From Wallemia ichthyophaga EXF-994 (Eukaryota; Fungi; Basidiomycota): a stretch of 248,000 nucleotides of DNA. This document shows, piece after piece, positions 87,094-97,854 of this stretch. Position numbers and translations under genes: made by a program. Positions within the stretch are counted from its first letter, which is position 1, and every line of letters begins with the position of its first letter. The notes under the pieces are model-generated. The model saw only the letters and a list, made by a program, of their open reading frames with translations. It searched no databases and had not been told where the DNA came from. The stretch is from NCBI RefSeq assembly GCF_000400465.1, contig NW_008806282.1, positions 20,001 through 268,000 of the forward strand, read 5' to 3'.

Positions 87094-89754
87094 ATGAGAA
87101 TTTGGGCATTAATTCTGGCACTGATTTATACCGTCTATGCCACGAGCATCCTCAGCATCGACCTCGGCAGCGACTCGCTAAAGATTGGTCTCATCGGCAG
87201 CGGGAATCTCGACGTCGTCCTCGATAAAGACAGCTCACGGAAGCTGCAGTCGACTGTTGGCTTTAAGGGCGATGACAGACTCTTCGGTAAGCAGGCACTC
87301 CAGAACAGCAACAAAAATCCAGACACCAGCTATCCTCATCTCAAAATGCTCATTGGGAAGACTGCTGAGGCTGACAGCACACAGCGTTGGGAAGCGATAT
87401 TCCCCGCAGTAGACAACAGCGTCACTGACAGAGGCACGCTCCAGCTGCACTCGCATAAAGACGCGTATGCGATCGAAGAACTCCTGGCTATGCAATTCCA
87501 CTACGCCAGACAGCTCGCTCAGATGCAAAGTGGTGAGACTATAAAGGATGTCGTATTGACTGTGGGTAGCTAATGTGTTGTACACTTTCTCTAACTTCTT
87601 TCACAGCTCCCGCCTTACTTCTCTACCTACGAAAGACAGGCTGTGTTGGACGCAGTCAATTTGGCAGCTCTCCAGCCAATCGCTCTTATCAATGATGGCA
87701 CTGCTGTCGCCGTCAACTACGCAATGACCCGTTCGTTTGACTCTACTCCAGCTTCGTACGTTATATACGACGCAGGCGCGTCCTCACTTAGCGCAACTTT
87801 CGTTGAAATATCCTCCCACTCTCCACCCAAGAAGCGCTTCGGCAGCAAGCAGAACACTACCGAAATCAACGTTATTGGCACTGCATACGATGACAGCGTT
87901 GGTGGTGTTGACCTTGATCACCGTCTGCGCGATATCCTCGCAGACGCCTTCGAGCAGCAGCACAACCTCGACCAAAGCTGGCGAGGCAATGCACGTGCAT
88001 GGAACAAGCTTCTTGTGGAGGCTAATCGCGTCAAGCATATACTCTCCGCCAATTCAGAATCCCAGGCGACAATCGAAGGTCTGCACGATGAGCTTGATTT
88101 TAAGAGCACAGTGAGTAGGGAGCAGTTCAAGGCAGCTATCGAAGACTACCAAATGAGGTGGTCGGCGCCAATTTCTGAAGTACTCGCTAAGACTGGTAGG
88201 GGTATTGATGGTGTTGACGCTGTTATTCTTACCGGTGGTGCCTCTCGCATCCCTATCATTCAATCGCAAGTCAGAGCGTTTGTGGGCGATGACAAAATTA
88301 GCACATCTGTTAATGCAGATGAGAGTGCTGTCTTGGGTGCTGCTTTCTACGGCGCTACATTCAGTAAATCGTTCAGAACTAAACCTCTCACAGTACACGA
88401 GGCTAGCGTGTACTCAATGGAGGGTGTGGGAATGGACGTGAGTGAGCATGGCACTCTGCTTTGGAAGGAGGGCGCTTCTCTCCCAACCAACAATACCATC
88501 TCTCTCCCACCTAGAGATGCGACAGTGGTGGTAAAATACACCGCAGACTCCATTCCACACGACCAACAGGCTGCTTACATGCAGCTTAATGTGACGGGTG
88601 TGGATGGAGCGCTCGCCGAAATGAACCTCAGCTATGAAGAAGCTGCTGCTGCGAATGTGAGAGTGGATATAGGTGTGGAACACACGTCATTCTCGCTCGT
88701 TCTTCCTACCGCTGCCGAGCTCGTTGTACCTGCTCCAGCTTCGCACGACGGTCTCACAGGCAAGCTGAAAGAATGGTTTAGCGTGGGAGCAGGTGGAGCA
88801 AAAGGAGAAGAAAAGAATGAAAACGGCACTACTACAGACAGCACAACACCTACACCCCCACACGCACAAGAAAAGAGGATCAAGTTGACGCTCTCAAGTC
88901 TTCCAGCCTCGCTTCAGCCGATGACGGTGGACCTGAAGGGGGAGTCTATGAACAAGCTGATGGCGCTCAACTACGCAGAGGCAATGGAAGGGCTTCGCGA
89001 GGAGACATTCAATGGCTTTGAAAGTAAGCTGTATATGTTGAAGGCATTGATAGAGAACGTAGACGGGAAATATGACGCGTTCCATAACGCCACGCTGCCA
89101 GAGGAAATGCGAGCGCTGGAAAGTGCACACGCAACAGCACTCACATGGCTCGATGAGGAGGGATGGTCAGCTACACTGGAGCAGATTCAGAAGGAGGCGA
89201 CTAAGATTGGAGCCATCGAACAACCAGTTAAGGAACGTATTAGGAATGGGCAGGTGAAGGCAGCTGCTTTAGGTGACCTCCAGAAGGCATTGTTTGCAGG
89301 TAGGACTTTCCTCAAGGAGGCGAGAAAGAACTTGACAACCACGGATGAGTCGAGATATTCATTCAAAGAGGTCGACGAATTCGAGGCTCACCTCTTCCAG
89401 ACCGAGAACTGGCTCAGGCCGCTGATGCGCAAGGATGGAGAGGCAAAACCATGGGAAGAAGGGGCATATACGGCGACTGAGTTGGAAGTCGCTGGGAGGA
89501 GTGTACAGGATTTCTTTATGGAATTGACTGAGAGGCTGCCAAGGAAGGCTGAGGAGAGTGTTACAGAGAGTGCTACGGAGAGCAGCCAGAGCACAACATC
89601 TGCACCTGCATCTGAAGCCAGCTCCTCAGGCACTCATTCAGACAACTCTTCAGGTACTCAAGACACACCAGGCACTCCAACACCACCAAACAAAAGCAAG
89701 TCAAGTGAGTCAGGTGAGACAGAGAAAAACCACCACAGCCACGATGAACTATAA
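87094..89754 (+). CDS. LHS1: ER Hsp70-family NEF Lhs1/HYOU1
   Basis: Signal peptide, SIDLG, VNADESAVLGAAF, C-terminal HDEL. Confidence 0.93.
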
Positions 89755-89993
89755 AAGAGAGATGCATTTATTTAATTTTAGATTTCATTATCAGTTGACG
89801 TGGGTTGGCATGTGATAGATACCGCAGCTGGCGAGATGTTTGGTGAATGAAGTGAATGAGTAACACACAGCAGCTGCTAGCGGTGACAAACATCCGAAAT
89901 TATTGGGGATCGTGTGATTATAATAAATCCGCGTTGGGTTTAAATTGCTCTAAACGCACTCTCACCTCAACAACCAACACGAAATAAGAAAAA

Positions 89994-90995
89994 ATGGTTT
90001 TAATTAAAGCAGCTATCTGTGGTGCAGGCGGTGGAATTGGTCAGCCATTATCCCTCCTCACTGCGCAAAACCCACATATCGGTGAAGTCTCTCTGTTTGA
90101 TGTTGTCCCATCAGTACACGGTGTCGCTGCCGATTTATCCCACTTGGACGGCACAGCTGTTGTAAAGGGCTACACTAAGGAGAATGATGGTTTGAAGCAC
90201 GCTCTCACCGGTGCAAATGTCGTCATTATACCTGCAGGTGTTCCACGTAAGCCTGGGATGACTCGTGATGACCTCTTCAAGATCAACGCATCTATTTGCC
90301 GTGATTTGGCCACTGGTATTGCCGATTACGCTCCAGATGCCATCGTCGGTGTCGTATCAAACCCTGTCAACTCCACCGTTCCTGTCTTTGTTGAGACTCT
90401 CAAAGCAAAGGGCGTCTTTAACGCTCGCAAGGTCTTCGGTGTCACCACCCTCGATATCGTTAGATCATCCAAGTTCGTCGCTGAGGTCCTCGGTAAGCCT
90501 AACGAGGCTCCTCAATACACTATCCCTGTTATCGGTGGTCACTCAGGCAAAACTATCATACCTGTTATCAGCCAGTCTCAGCCAAAGGTCGATATCTCCG
90601 GCGACAAACTCAACACTCTCGTCAACAGAATTCAATTCGGTGGTGACGAAGTTGTTAAGGCTAAAGATGGTGCTGGTTCAGCGACCCTTTCAATGGCATA
90701 CGCTGGTTCTAAGTTTTTGAACGCTGTCGTTAGCTCCGTCTACGCTGATAAACCTAGCGTCATCCAAGCTTACGTATACCTCCCTGAGTTGCCAGGTGGT
90801 GACGCCATCAAGAATGACATTGGAAAGGATGTCTCTTACTTCTCCGTTTCCCTCCAGCTCGGTAAGAGCGGTGTTGAGAAAGTTCTCCCTGTTGGTCCAC
90901 TCAGCGACTACGAGAAGGGTCTCCTTCAAGAGGCTCTCCCTGAATTAGACGCTTCCATTGTCAAGGGTGTTGGTTTCGGAAAGAGTTCACTTTAG
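89994..90995 (+). CDS. Malate dehydrogenase
   Basis: GAGGGIGQPLSLL, PAGVPRKPGMTRDDLF, GGHSG, KAKDGAGSATLSMA. Confidence 0.97.
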   Translation: MVLIKAAICGAGGGIGQPLSLLTAQNPHIGEVSLFDVVPSVHGVAADLSHLDGTAVVKGYTKENDGLKHALTGANVVIIPAGVPRKPGMTRDDLFKINASICRDLATGIADYAPDAIVGVVSNPVNSTVPVFVETLKAKGVFNARKVFGVTTLDIVRSSKFVAEVLGKPNEAPQYTIPVIGGHSGKTIIPVISQSQPKVDISGDKLNTLVNRIQFGGDEVVKAKDGAGSATLSMAYAGSKFLNAVVSSVYADKPSVIQAYVYLPELPGGDAIKNDIGKDVSYFSVSLQLGKSGVEKVLPVGPLSDYEKGLLQEALPELDASIVKGVGFGKSSL

Positions 90996-91088
90996 GTATG
91001 ACAGTGGTTTGTATTGTTACTGAAGTATGCATGAAATATATCAATCGCAGTGTGCAAATAAGAGTTGTGTTGGTAGTTAAAATTAGTA

Positions 91089-92664
91089 TCAAAATCCAAA
91101 TGCTTCGACTTGATGAGTCTTGAAATGTCTATAGGTGTCCCCTTTCTCGCAGATCAAATGGCGATCAATGAAGGGGTTGAGGAAAATGCCATGCTCGTCA
91201 TACTTGTGGATAATTTCCATGAACTTGGGCAGCCCGCTGTACTTTTCACCAACTTCTTGAGGTGTTTGTGTGGAATGCTTAGCCCAATGCGCTCTACCGT
91301 TATATTTACGGAGGATATCTTCGAAGGTTCTGAATATCCTTCTATAGCGTACACGACAATTGAATGGTTTGTATTTGATCAGGCCAATCCACATGAAGTG
91401 AGTTTCTACTTGATTGCCCACGTGTTTGTTAGCAGGGGAAAGTAAGATATCGTCAGCCTTCGAAATGCGCACTTCGAGTGGAAAATCAACGTCATTCTCA
91501 TCCACCAGCCATTCATTGAGCTCCAACATACACTCGTAAGCCTGAGACAGAGGCACAGACCATTCGGTAGTGTATTGCAAAAGACCGCAGTCCATGTTGA
91601 AAATGTTGCACGAGGTGTCTGTGCGCTGTTGGTGCTGTCCAAACACACACCGCCACGCCAGGTGGCTGAGAAGGGGAGCGATAGCGGGCACGTACCGCTT
91701 CACCAGCAGCAGTGGCTGGAGAAGAAAGCTAAAGAGTGTGCTAGAGACAGGCGCTTGCGGTTGGTATTTTTCAGTGTTTTGTGCGGCTTTATACGACTGC
91801 ATCAGACTAACTCCTCCCGTCTGGGGCAGCCAGAACGCCTTAACATAGGGCGCAGTGCGCCACCGGTCGAGCCAGGAAGAGGGACTGCTGGTGTACTCGT
91901 CGAACGACATTGCCGTTGTGACTTGATGCAGGTTGAATTTCTCCTCCACGCTCAGCACCACGCTGAGAATGATGCCTGTCGCGCCGAGGGAGCACAACGT
92001 AGCGTTGAAGAGGTGTGGGTGGAGTGTGCGTGAGCACTCTAGCACCTCACCACTAGCTACGAGGATAGAGAGGGAGTGGACGTACGATGACATGCAGTGG
92101 TGGTCGATCCCGCTGCCGTGCGTGGCTGTCGCAAGGCAGCCAGCTATAGTCTGATCGGAAATAGACCCGAGGATCGGCATGGCAAGGTTGTTAACGTCGA
92201 GTGCCTGATTGATATCCCTCAACAATGTGCCTGAGTGGGTGGTGATCGTGCGGTCTTCTTTGTCTATCTGTAGAGGAGTGCAGAGTGAGAAAGTATCATA
92301 TGAAAAGCACTTGACGCACACTTATCACACCTGCTATTCCCGACATTATTACTATCCAACCCTCGCTGCATGCTAGGTCAGAGGGCGAGTGCCACACGCC
92401 CATGGCTCGCACTCGCACCCTTGCCCTGCGGGCTGCTTCTACGATGAGCTGCGTGTCGGCGATCGTGTGCGGCGTGTATATCCGCTCAGGCGTCGCTTCG
92501 AATGTCCTTGCCCAGTTTTGTAGCTTGTGTGTGGGAGTACCTTGGAAAGCGCTGATTCGGTGCTCTAGTTGCTCATCTGAAATTTTCTTCAAGTCGCTCA
92601 ATACCATAATTTCCTGCATCGCCATCGCTATCGCCACCGATGATGCACTGAACGACGAAGACAT
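91089..92664 (-). CDS. ALO1: D-arabinono-1,4-lactone oxidase
   Basis: NWARTF, GVWHSPSDL, LGSISDQTIAG..THGSG, GRAHWAK. Confidence 0.9.
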
Positions 92665-92793
92665 CGGGTGTTTTCGTGATAGTAACTAAAACAAAAATTC
92701 ACTCTTTTTTTAAAACAAAAGACTAGCAAGGAGTACATACAAGTTATTGTACGAGTTACCGCACGACTTGTCGCAACTCATACCACCACATCC

Positions 92794-93396
92794 ATGGCAC
92801 ACCACGCCCAAGACTCGGAAATAGCGCGGCACAGGCGCAGAATAACAGCGTACCACGCTTACATACAGCCAGTCTTGAAGGCATTGAAGGATACACATGA
92901 GGTTAGTGTGCCCTACACGTTGCGTTCCAAGGTCTGCAACCAGGCGTGGAGAGAGAAGCTGGGGGAGACGGTAAACCAGTACCCGCGCTCGACAAAGACT
93001 ACGATAGAGCTACAGCAAATAGCTTGGGAAGATATACAAAACAATTTCGATAGTTTCATCCGTGATTTGAGACGCAGACTGGATCAGTATGCTCTGGTGA
93101 ACATGAGGACAAGTGTGGATCCGAAAGATGGGCTCAGTCTGGCTGATTGGGATTACGAAACTCATATGAACCAAATCGTGGACAGACTAGACAAAGAACA
93201 GCCAGATACACCGTCTCAAAGCAAAATTTCACTCGCAGAAGGACTCTGGAAGGTTAGGAAATATGTTCGTAGTGAGGAATTCATCGAACAAGAAGAGGAG
93301 AATCTCAAGGAGGCGACTGTAAGGTTGGAGTTGGATACTGTCAGGGGGATCAAAGGGATACAGCAGCAGGTAAAGAAGGCAAGAGTGGGTGTTTAG
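92794..93396 (+). CDS. Hypothetical protein
   Basis: Intact 200-aa ORF filling an intergenic slot. Confidence 0.5.
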   Translation: MAHHAQDSEIARHRRRITAYHAYIQPVLKALKDTHEVSVPYTLRSKVCNQAWREKLGETVNQYPRSTKTTIELQQIAWEDIQNNFDSFIRDLRRRLDQYALVNMRTSVDPKDGLSLADWDYETHMNQIVDRLDKEQPDTPSQSKISLAEGLWKVRKYVRSEEFIEQEEENLKEATVRLELDTVRGIKGIQQQVKKARVGV

Positions 93397-93607
93397 TGGG
93401 TTGTTAGTGTATTCTATAGCAGTTTCTGTATTAATGTTTATAATATCCTATACCCAATACCCATTCGTTTTTCACCTGCGCTGATGGGCGATAGCAGATA
93501 ATGCGTAAGTAAACGCACTTAAAAGAAAGCAAGATAATTACAAGCACCATGCAGCAAAACAAAAGAATAAAGATACCACACGGAAGCTTTCGGCGTATAA
93601 TCTATTC

Positions 93608-94405
93608 ATGAAACACGTCCTGCAATCACTCAAGCAGAGCCACGGGAGTGTGAGCTATGGGCACAGATTTAAAGCGTCTGCCCGTCTTTGGACGCAGAGG
93701 ATGGAGATGACAGCTGTGGATATATCCACCAAAACGAAGACACCTGTTGGTGCACTCTCGAAGCAACTCATTCAGGAGAGGACATGGGAGGGAGCTCAGC
93801 GTGATATGGGAGTCATTCTTATTCATCTTGCACAGTCAGTAGAGTATAGCGCCAGACTGGAGGCAGAGGCAGAGGCAGGACATTACATGCACAGCAACGT
93901 ACCGAGAGCTAACAGCGAGTATAATAGACATATGCAGAGTACACTGGCACAGCTCAAGGAAATTCAGTCAGACACGCCATATCAAACTAGATTTAAATTG
94001 GCGGCGAGTATGTGGCAGGAAAGGAAGAAGGAGAGGAGTGAGAGGAGAGGAGGGAAGAAGAGGGACTATATCCCAGTTTATAGCGATGTTGACGAGGAAG
94101 ACATTGTGTTGCAAGGACCATCTTCAAGTATACATCCGGGAAGGATACCAATGGGATATTACGATGGTGAGTTTGGTAATGACTTGAACTTGAAATCATC
94201 AATGGCGTCATCAATGCTATCAACAACGATACCACCAACAACAACGACGCCATCGATACCTTGGCAATACACGTGGGTAGCTATACCACCATTCCCAGAA
94301 GCAGAAGCAGAAGGAGAAGCAGCAGCAGAAGAGAATAGATATAACGGAAATGAAGACGATACAAATACGCTCAACGACTACAAAGACTATTTGGATGAAA
94401 TATGA
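93608..94405 (+). CDS. Hypothetical helical protein
   Basis: Intact 265-aa ORF. Confidence 0.5.
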   Translation: MKHVLQSLKQSHGSVSYGHRFKASARLWTQRMEMTAVDISTKTKTPVGALSKQLIQERTWEGAQRDMGVILIHLAQSVEYSARLEAEAEAGHYMHSNVPRANSEYNRHMQSTLAQLKEIQSDTPYQTRFKLAASMWQERKKERSERRGGKKRDYIPVYSDVDEEDIVLQGPSSSIHPGRIPMGYYDGEFGNDLNLKSSMASSMLSTTIPPTTTTPSIPWQYTWVAIPPFPEAEAEGEAAAEENRYNGNEDDTNTLNDYKDYLDEI

Positions 94406-94435
94406 ATAAATATTATACCTTTTACAAAGACAGTG

Positions 94436-94795
94436 ATGCGGGTGACAATCAATCAATGGAGAGCATTTAGTCATTGGAAGTGGAATGGGTGTGATACAGA
94501 CGATCTCTGTGGGATATGCCAGAATTACCTTGATAACTCTTGTCCGAATTGCAGTCTACCTGGAGATGATTGTCCGTTGAGTGAGTTAAAGTGCAGCGAT
94601 TAGAAAACGCGTTGTTAACGCGTAAATTAGTCTGGGGGAAGTGTAACCACTCATTCCACATGCACTGTATACTCAAATGGCTCTCACTTGAATCGAGTAA
94701 AGGTCAATGCCCAATGGATAGGCAGCAGTGGGGTAAATAGTAATTACTCATCCAATCCAGCTAACAAAGCGCTTTATAGAAACCCAATAATATTT
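94436..94795 (+). CDS. APC11: APC/C RING subunit Apc11 (spliced; absent from ORF track)
   Basis: MRVTINQWRAFSHWKW..CGICQ..CPNCSLPGDDCPL|WGKCNHSFHMHCILKWL..CPMDRQQW. Confidence 0.92.
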
Positions 94796-94824
94796 ATTCC
94801 TTTATACCTTGTACTATTACCACC

Positions 94825-96306
94825 ATGAGCATCACTAGCGATTCCCGGAGTTTTATCTCCGCGGAATCTAAAGCGCAACCCTCTAATTTGGTTATAAATG
94901 TTGATTACTCACCCCACTTTATCCGCTCCTACCGCGAGTGCATTGCAGATCTCCACCTGCAGTCATACGAGATTGATTCACACGTCGATAGCCCCCGATT
95001 GATGCCGACTAGAAACACGATAAACACCGCACATACCCCACGCCACACAAATACCACTCAAGGCAGTATCTTGGACAAGCTGAACAACGTACAGCCTATC
95101 TCCACTCAAGACCTCATGCTGAGAATTAGACCACAGAGTGCATCTACAGACCATTTAATAAGTTTGGAAGATGCAGAAGACTCAGAAGACGCAGAAGACG
95201 CAAAGACAAAGACAGACCACGCAAAGGGCAGTGTCGATTTCAGACACGACATACTATATCAAGCCATTAATGCCAGTTTCGGTGACACAACACCTAACAA
95301 TTTTCTAAACACAGACCCATCCAAGTCTTTGAGCGGTGGTACTAGGCATAGTACTAAAGCGGGTGATTCGAATTATTCATACAAATCGGCAAAATCGGCA
95401 AAATCGGCTAGATCGACCAAGTCATTAAAACACACTCCCACACCTACAACACGCACATCATCGCTATTATCATCCCCTCCCAAATCAACACACAAACCAC
95501 AAATGGGCGTACAAGTTACTCACTTAAAAATACCGCAGCAGCGCATACACGGCACTCCCACTATCCACAAGTCTCTCTCTACTCCTCTCCTCAGCGACCA
95601 GGACAGCGAGGTGTTGGATTCGCCTACACCCCCACCTGTGCCGATGAAGGAGGCACCGCGTGCGAAGACACAATCTTACTCATGCTCAAGCTCTGCTAAA
95701 AAACCCGAACGCTCTATATTTAATGAAATACATGCTCCAATACCTAGTCATAGTAGAAGTCACAGTCCCACTCAAACTCCTACTCCCGCTCTCAAAACGA
95801 GTGCGATCGATCGACGCAACAGACCACCAGCTCTCGAGTTAAGGCAATCGACTCATCGACAAATTGAAAGCAAGCTGGGTTGTTTGCAGGAGCAGAAAAA
95901 GGCACAGGAAAAGTCTGAAAAACAGTCTGAGGTGCAGTCTCAAAAGCAAGACAAACACAACAGCCATAAGCTCCCACCAGACACAACGACTCTGCCCTCT
96001 GAACACCCACCATACCTACCTCCACCCCCCATACCCCCCTTACCACAATCCACCGCCATTTTATCAAATTCTTTCACTCGAAATGTCCCAAGTAGACTGA
96101 AAGATGCACCAAAACTGACGAGGATGCGCTCAGAAACTCTGCCTTCTCCCACCACCCCAATCCATTCTATCAAACATCGCCCTACTTCTTCACCTACCAC
96201 CACCGATCAATACTCTGTGACTAGATTGAGAGGTATGCTTGAGCAGCATGTAGCGCAGGAGAGGAGCATGTGGCATAGCATTACATCCAATACCCGTCAT
96301 TCTTAA
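94825..96306 (+). CDS. Hypothetical S/T/P-rich protein
   Basis: 493-aa low-complexity ORF. Confidence 0.55.
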   Translation: MSITSDSRSFISAESKAQPSNLVINVDYSPHFIRSYRECIADLHLQSYEIDSHVDSPRLMPTRNTINTAHTPRHTNTTQGSILDKLNNVQPISTQDLMLRIRPQSASTDHLISLEDAEDSEDAEDAKTKTDHAKGSVDFRHDILYQAINASFGDTTPNNFLNTDPSKSLSGGTRHSTKAGDSNYSYKSAKSAKSARSTKSLKHTPTPTTRTSSLLSSPPKSTHKPQMGVQVTHLKIPQQRIHGTPTIHKSLSTPLLSDQDSEVLDSPTPPPVPMKEAPRAKTQSYSCSSSAKKPERSIFNEIHAPIPSHSRSHSPTQTPTPALKTSAIDRRNRPPALELRQSTHRQIESKLGCLQEQKKAQEKSEKQSEVQSQKQDKHNSHKLPPDTTTLPSEHPPYLPPPPIPPLPQSTAILSNSFTRNVPSRLKDAPKLTRMRSETLPSPTTPIHSIKHRPTSSPTTTDQYSVTRLRGMLEQHVAQERSMWHSITSNTRHS

Positions 96307-96360
96307 TTTCATTGCAACCATTGTAGTTATTTCTAGGATATCTTAATTACTTAATATACA

Positions 96361-97854
96361 TTATTCTAAAACAACATGCTTGATCGTGAATTTGTGAATA
96401 ACAGCTATAATGGGATCACTGAAAGACTTGGATGATTTAACAACAAGACTTTCTAATTTAGGAAGTGATTTGAGCAGCAGTTCGCCGTCGAGTATTGCAG
96501 GCTGGTAAGTGATGCTCCTCTCCATATCGTCGTATAGCGATGAAGTGTTATCGCGTGGTCTGTTGTCGACCGTGTTAGTCTGCTCGTAAGTGCATCTAGT
96601 TAGAGTGAGGTGGGTAACATTCCTCAAACAGCCTTCGTTACACTGCAGTGGAAACCCAAATGTGCAATTCTCGATTGAGATTTGGTGCAACTCCTGTGAT
96701 CGGAGCATACCCAAAAACCACGAAACGTTGCAAACACTATCGAGAAATACGACCCGCAGTTTGCGCACATTCAGCTGATTTGCGAATGCCCGGTTATCTC
96801 GAAACCACTTGAGGGTCGCTCTGTCCATAGCGAAGCTGCTGTTTTTCATCTTGATCGTATACAGCTCGGGACACTGGATGAGACAGCTAAATGTGACGGC
96901 TGACCTGTTGCGGGATTCTACAACTGCTGTGCGTGTCGGCTGCAAGTACGGCGCCCCTGGTATCGTTGTATGCTCCATCGCGACGTCTTTACCCTCCAGC
97001 TGCAGGTTGTGGGAGAGGGTGGACATGATGGTATCTGCGTCGCCTTTCAGCCTCCAATTGAGGAGGTGTAGATCGCTTGGGAAGGTAGTGAGGTGGTACA
97101 CTTCCGCCTCATTCAATCCGATAAGCTGCGAGTAATTGCGCATCCTCAGTTTCTTACATGTCAAACCAAATAGAGACTCAGTGAGGGTGAGTATGAAACC
97201 CTTTTTTTCGCTGTTGAATGGGCCTCCGTAGTAATTCACCTCAATCAGCTCAAATGGACGGTTTGGCGAGACGTCGAGCAGCTGAAAGAAGAATCCCTTC
97301 AAGAACATCCTATTGTACGCGCGTATACACAGCTTCACACTTCTTATATACCCGCACCGCTCAATGTGGCTTTGGAATCTGCCGCGTAGATTCGACATAT
97401 TCGCGTCGAAGCTCACTTTGCCTACGTTTTCATCTGTGGATATGAACGTGTTGACGTATACGTAATTTGTATTTATCGCGCGATACCATGCTCTGTTCAC
97501 CAGCTTGCCGTTGTGGGCTGCACTGGGGCCGTTATTCTCGTGGCAGAGATATCCGAAGACAAGTTCGATGAGCTCGTTGGGGAGTCTTTTTAGAGGATCC
97601 TTGTGCCATTTGTGCGCTTTTTTTGTGGATAGGCTGGCCATACCTTTCTGATATACACGAGTGAATAAGTGATTCACGCAAACAGCACAGGTACACACTT
97701 TTTCTACATCTTTATCAGACTGCCCTGATTTGCAGGGTTTACGTGGTTTGGACCGCGTGTCCATGTCTGATGATGGCCGAGTCGGTTGAAGATTGATAAC
97801 AAGATAAGATTCATAAACATTCATAAAAGTCAGAGGTACATAAGCTAATGCCAT
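96361..97854 (-). CDS. F-box protein with RNI/LRR-like body (start uncertain)
   Basis: DPLKRLPNELIELVFGYL; intronless ORF. Confidence 0.6.
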   Translation of the reverse strand: MALAYVPLTFMNVYESYLVINLQPTRPSSDMDTRSKPRKPCKSGQSDKDVEKVCTCAVCVNHLFTRVYQKGMASLSTKKAHKWHKDPLKRLPNELIELVFGYLCHENNGPSAAHNGKLVNRAWYRAINTNYVYVNTFISTDENVGKVSFDANMSNLRGRFQSHIERCGYIRSVKLCIRAYNRMFLKGFFFQLLDVSPNRPFELIEVNYYGGPFNSEKKGFILTLTESLFGLTCKKLRMRNYSQLIGLNEAEVYHLTTFPSDLHLLNWRLKGDADTIMSTLSHNLQLEGKDVAMEHTTIPGAPYLQPTRTAVVESRNRSAVTFSCLIQCPELYTIKMKNSSFAMDRATLKWFRDNRAFANQLNVRKLRVVFLDSVCNVSWFLGMLRSQELHQISIENCTFGFPLQCNEGCLRNVTHLTLTRCTYEQTNTVDNRPRDNTSSLYDDMERSITYQPAILDGELLLKSLPKLESLVVKSSKSFSDPIIAVIHKFTIKHVVLE

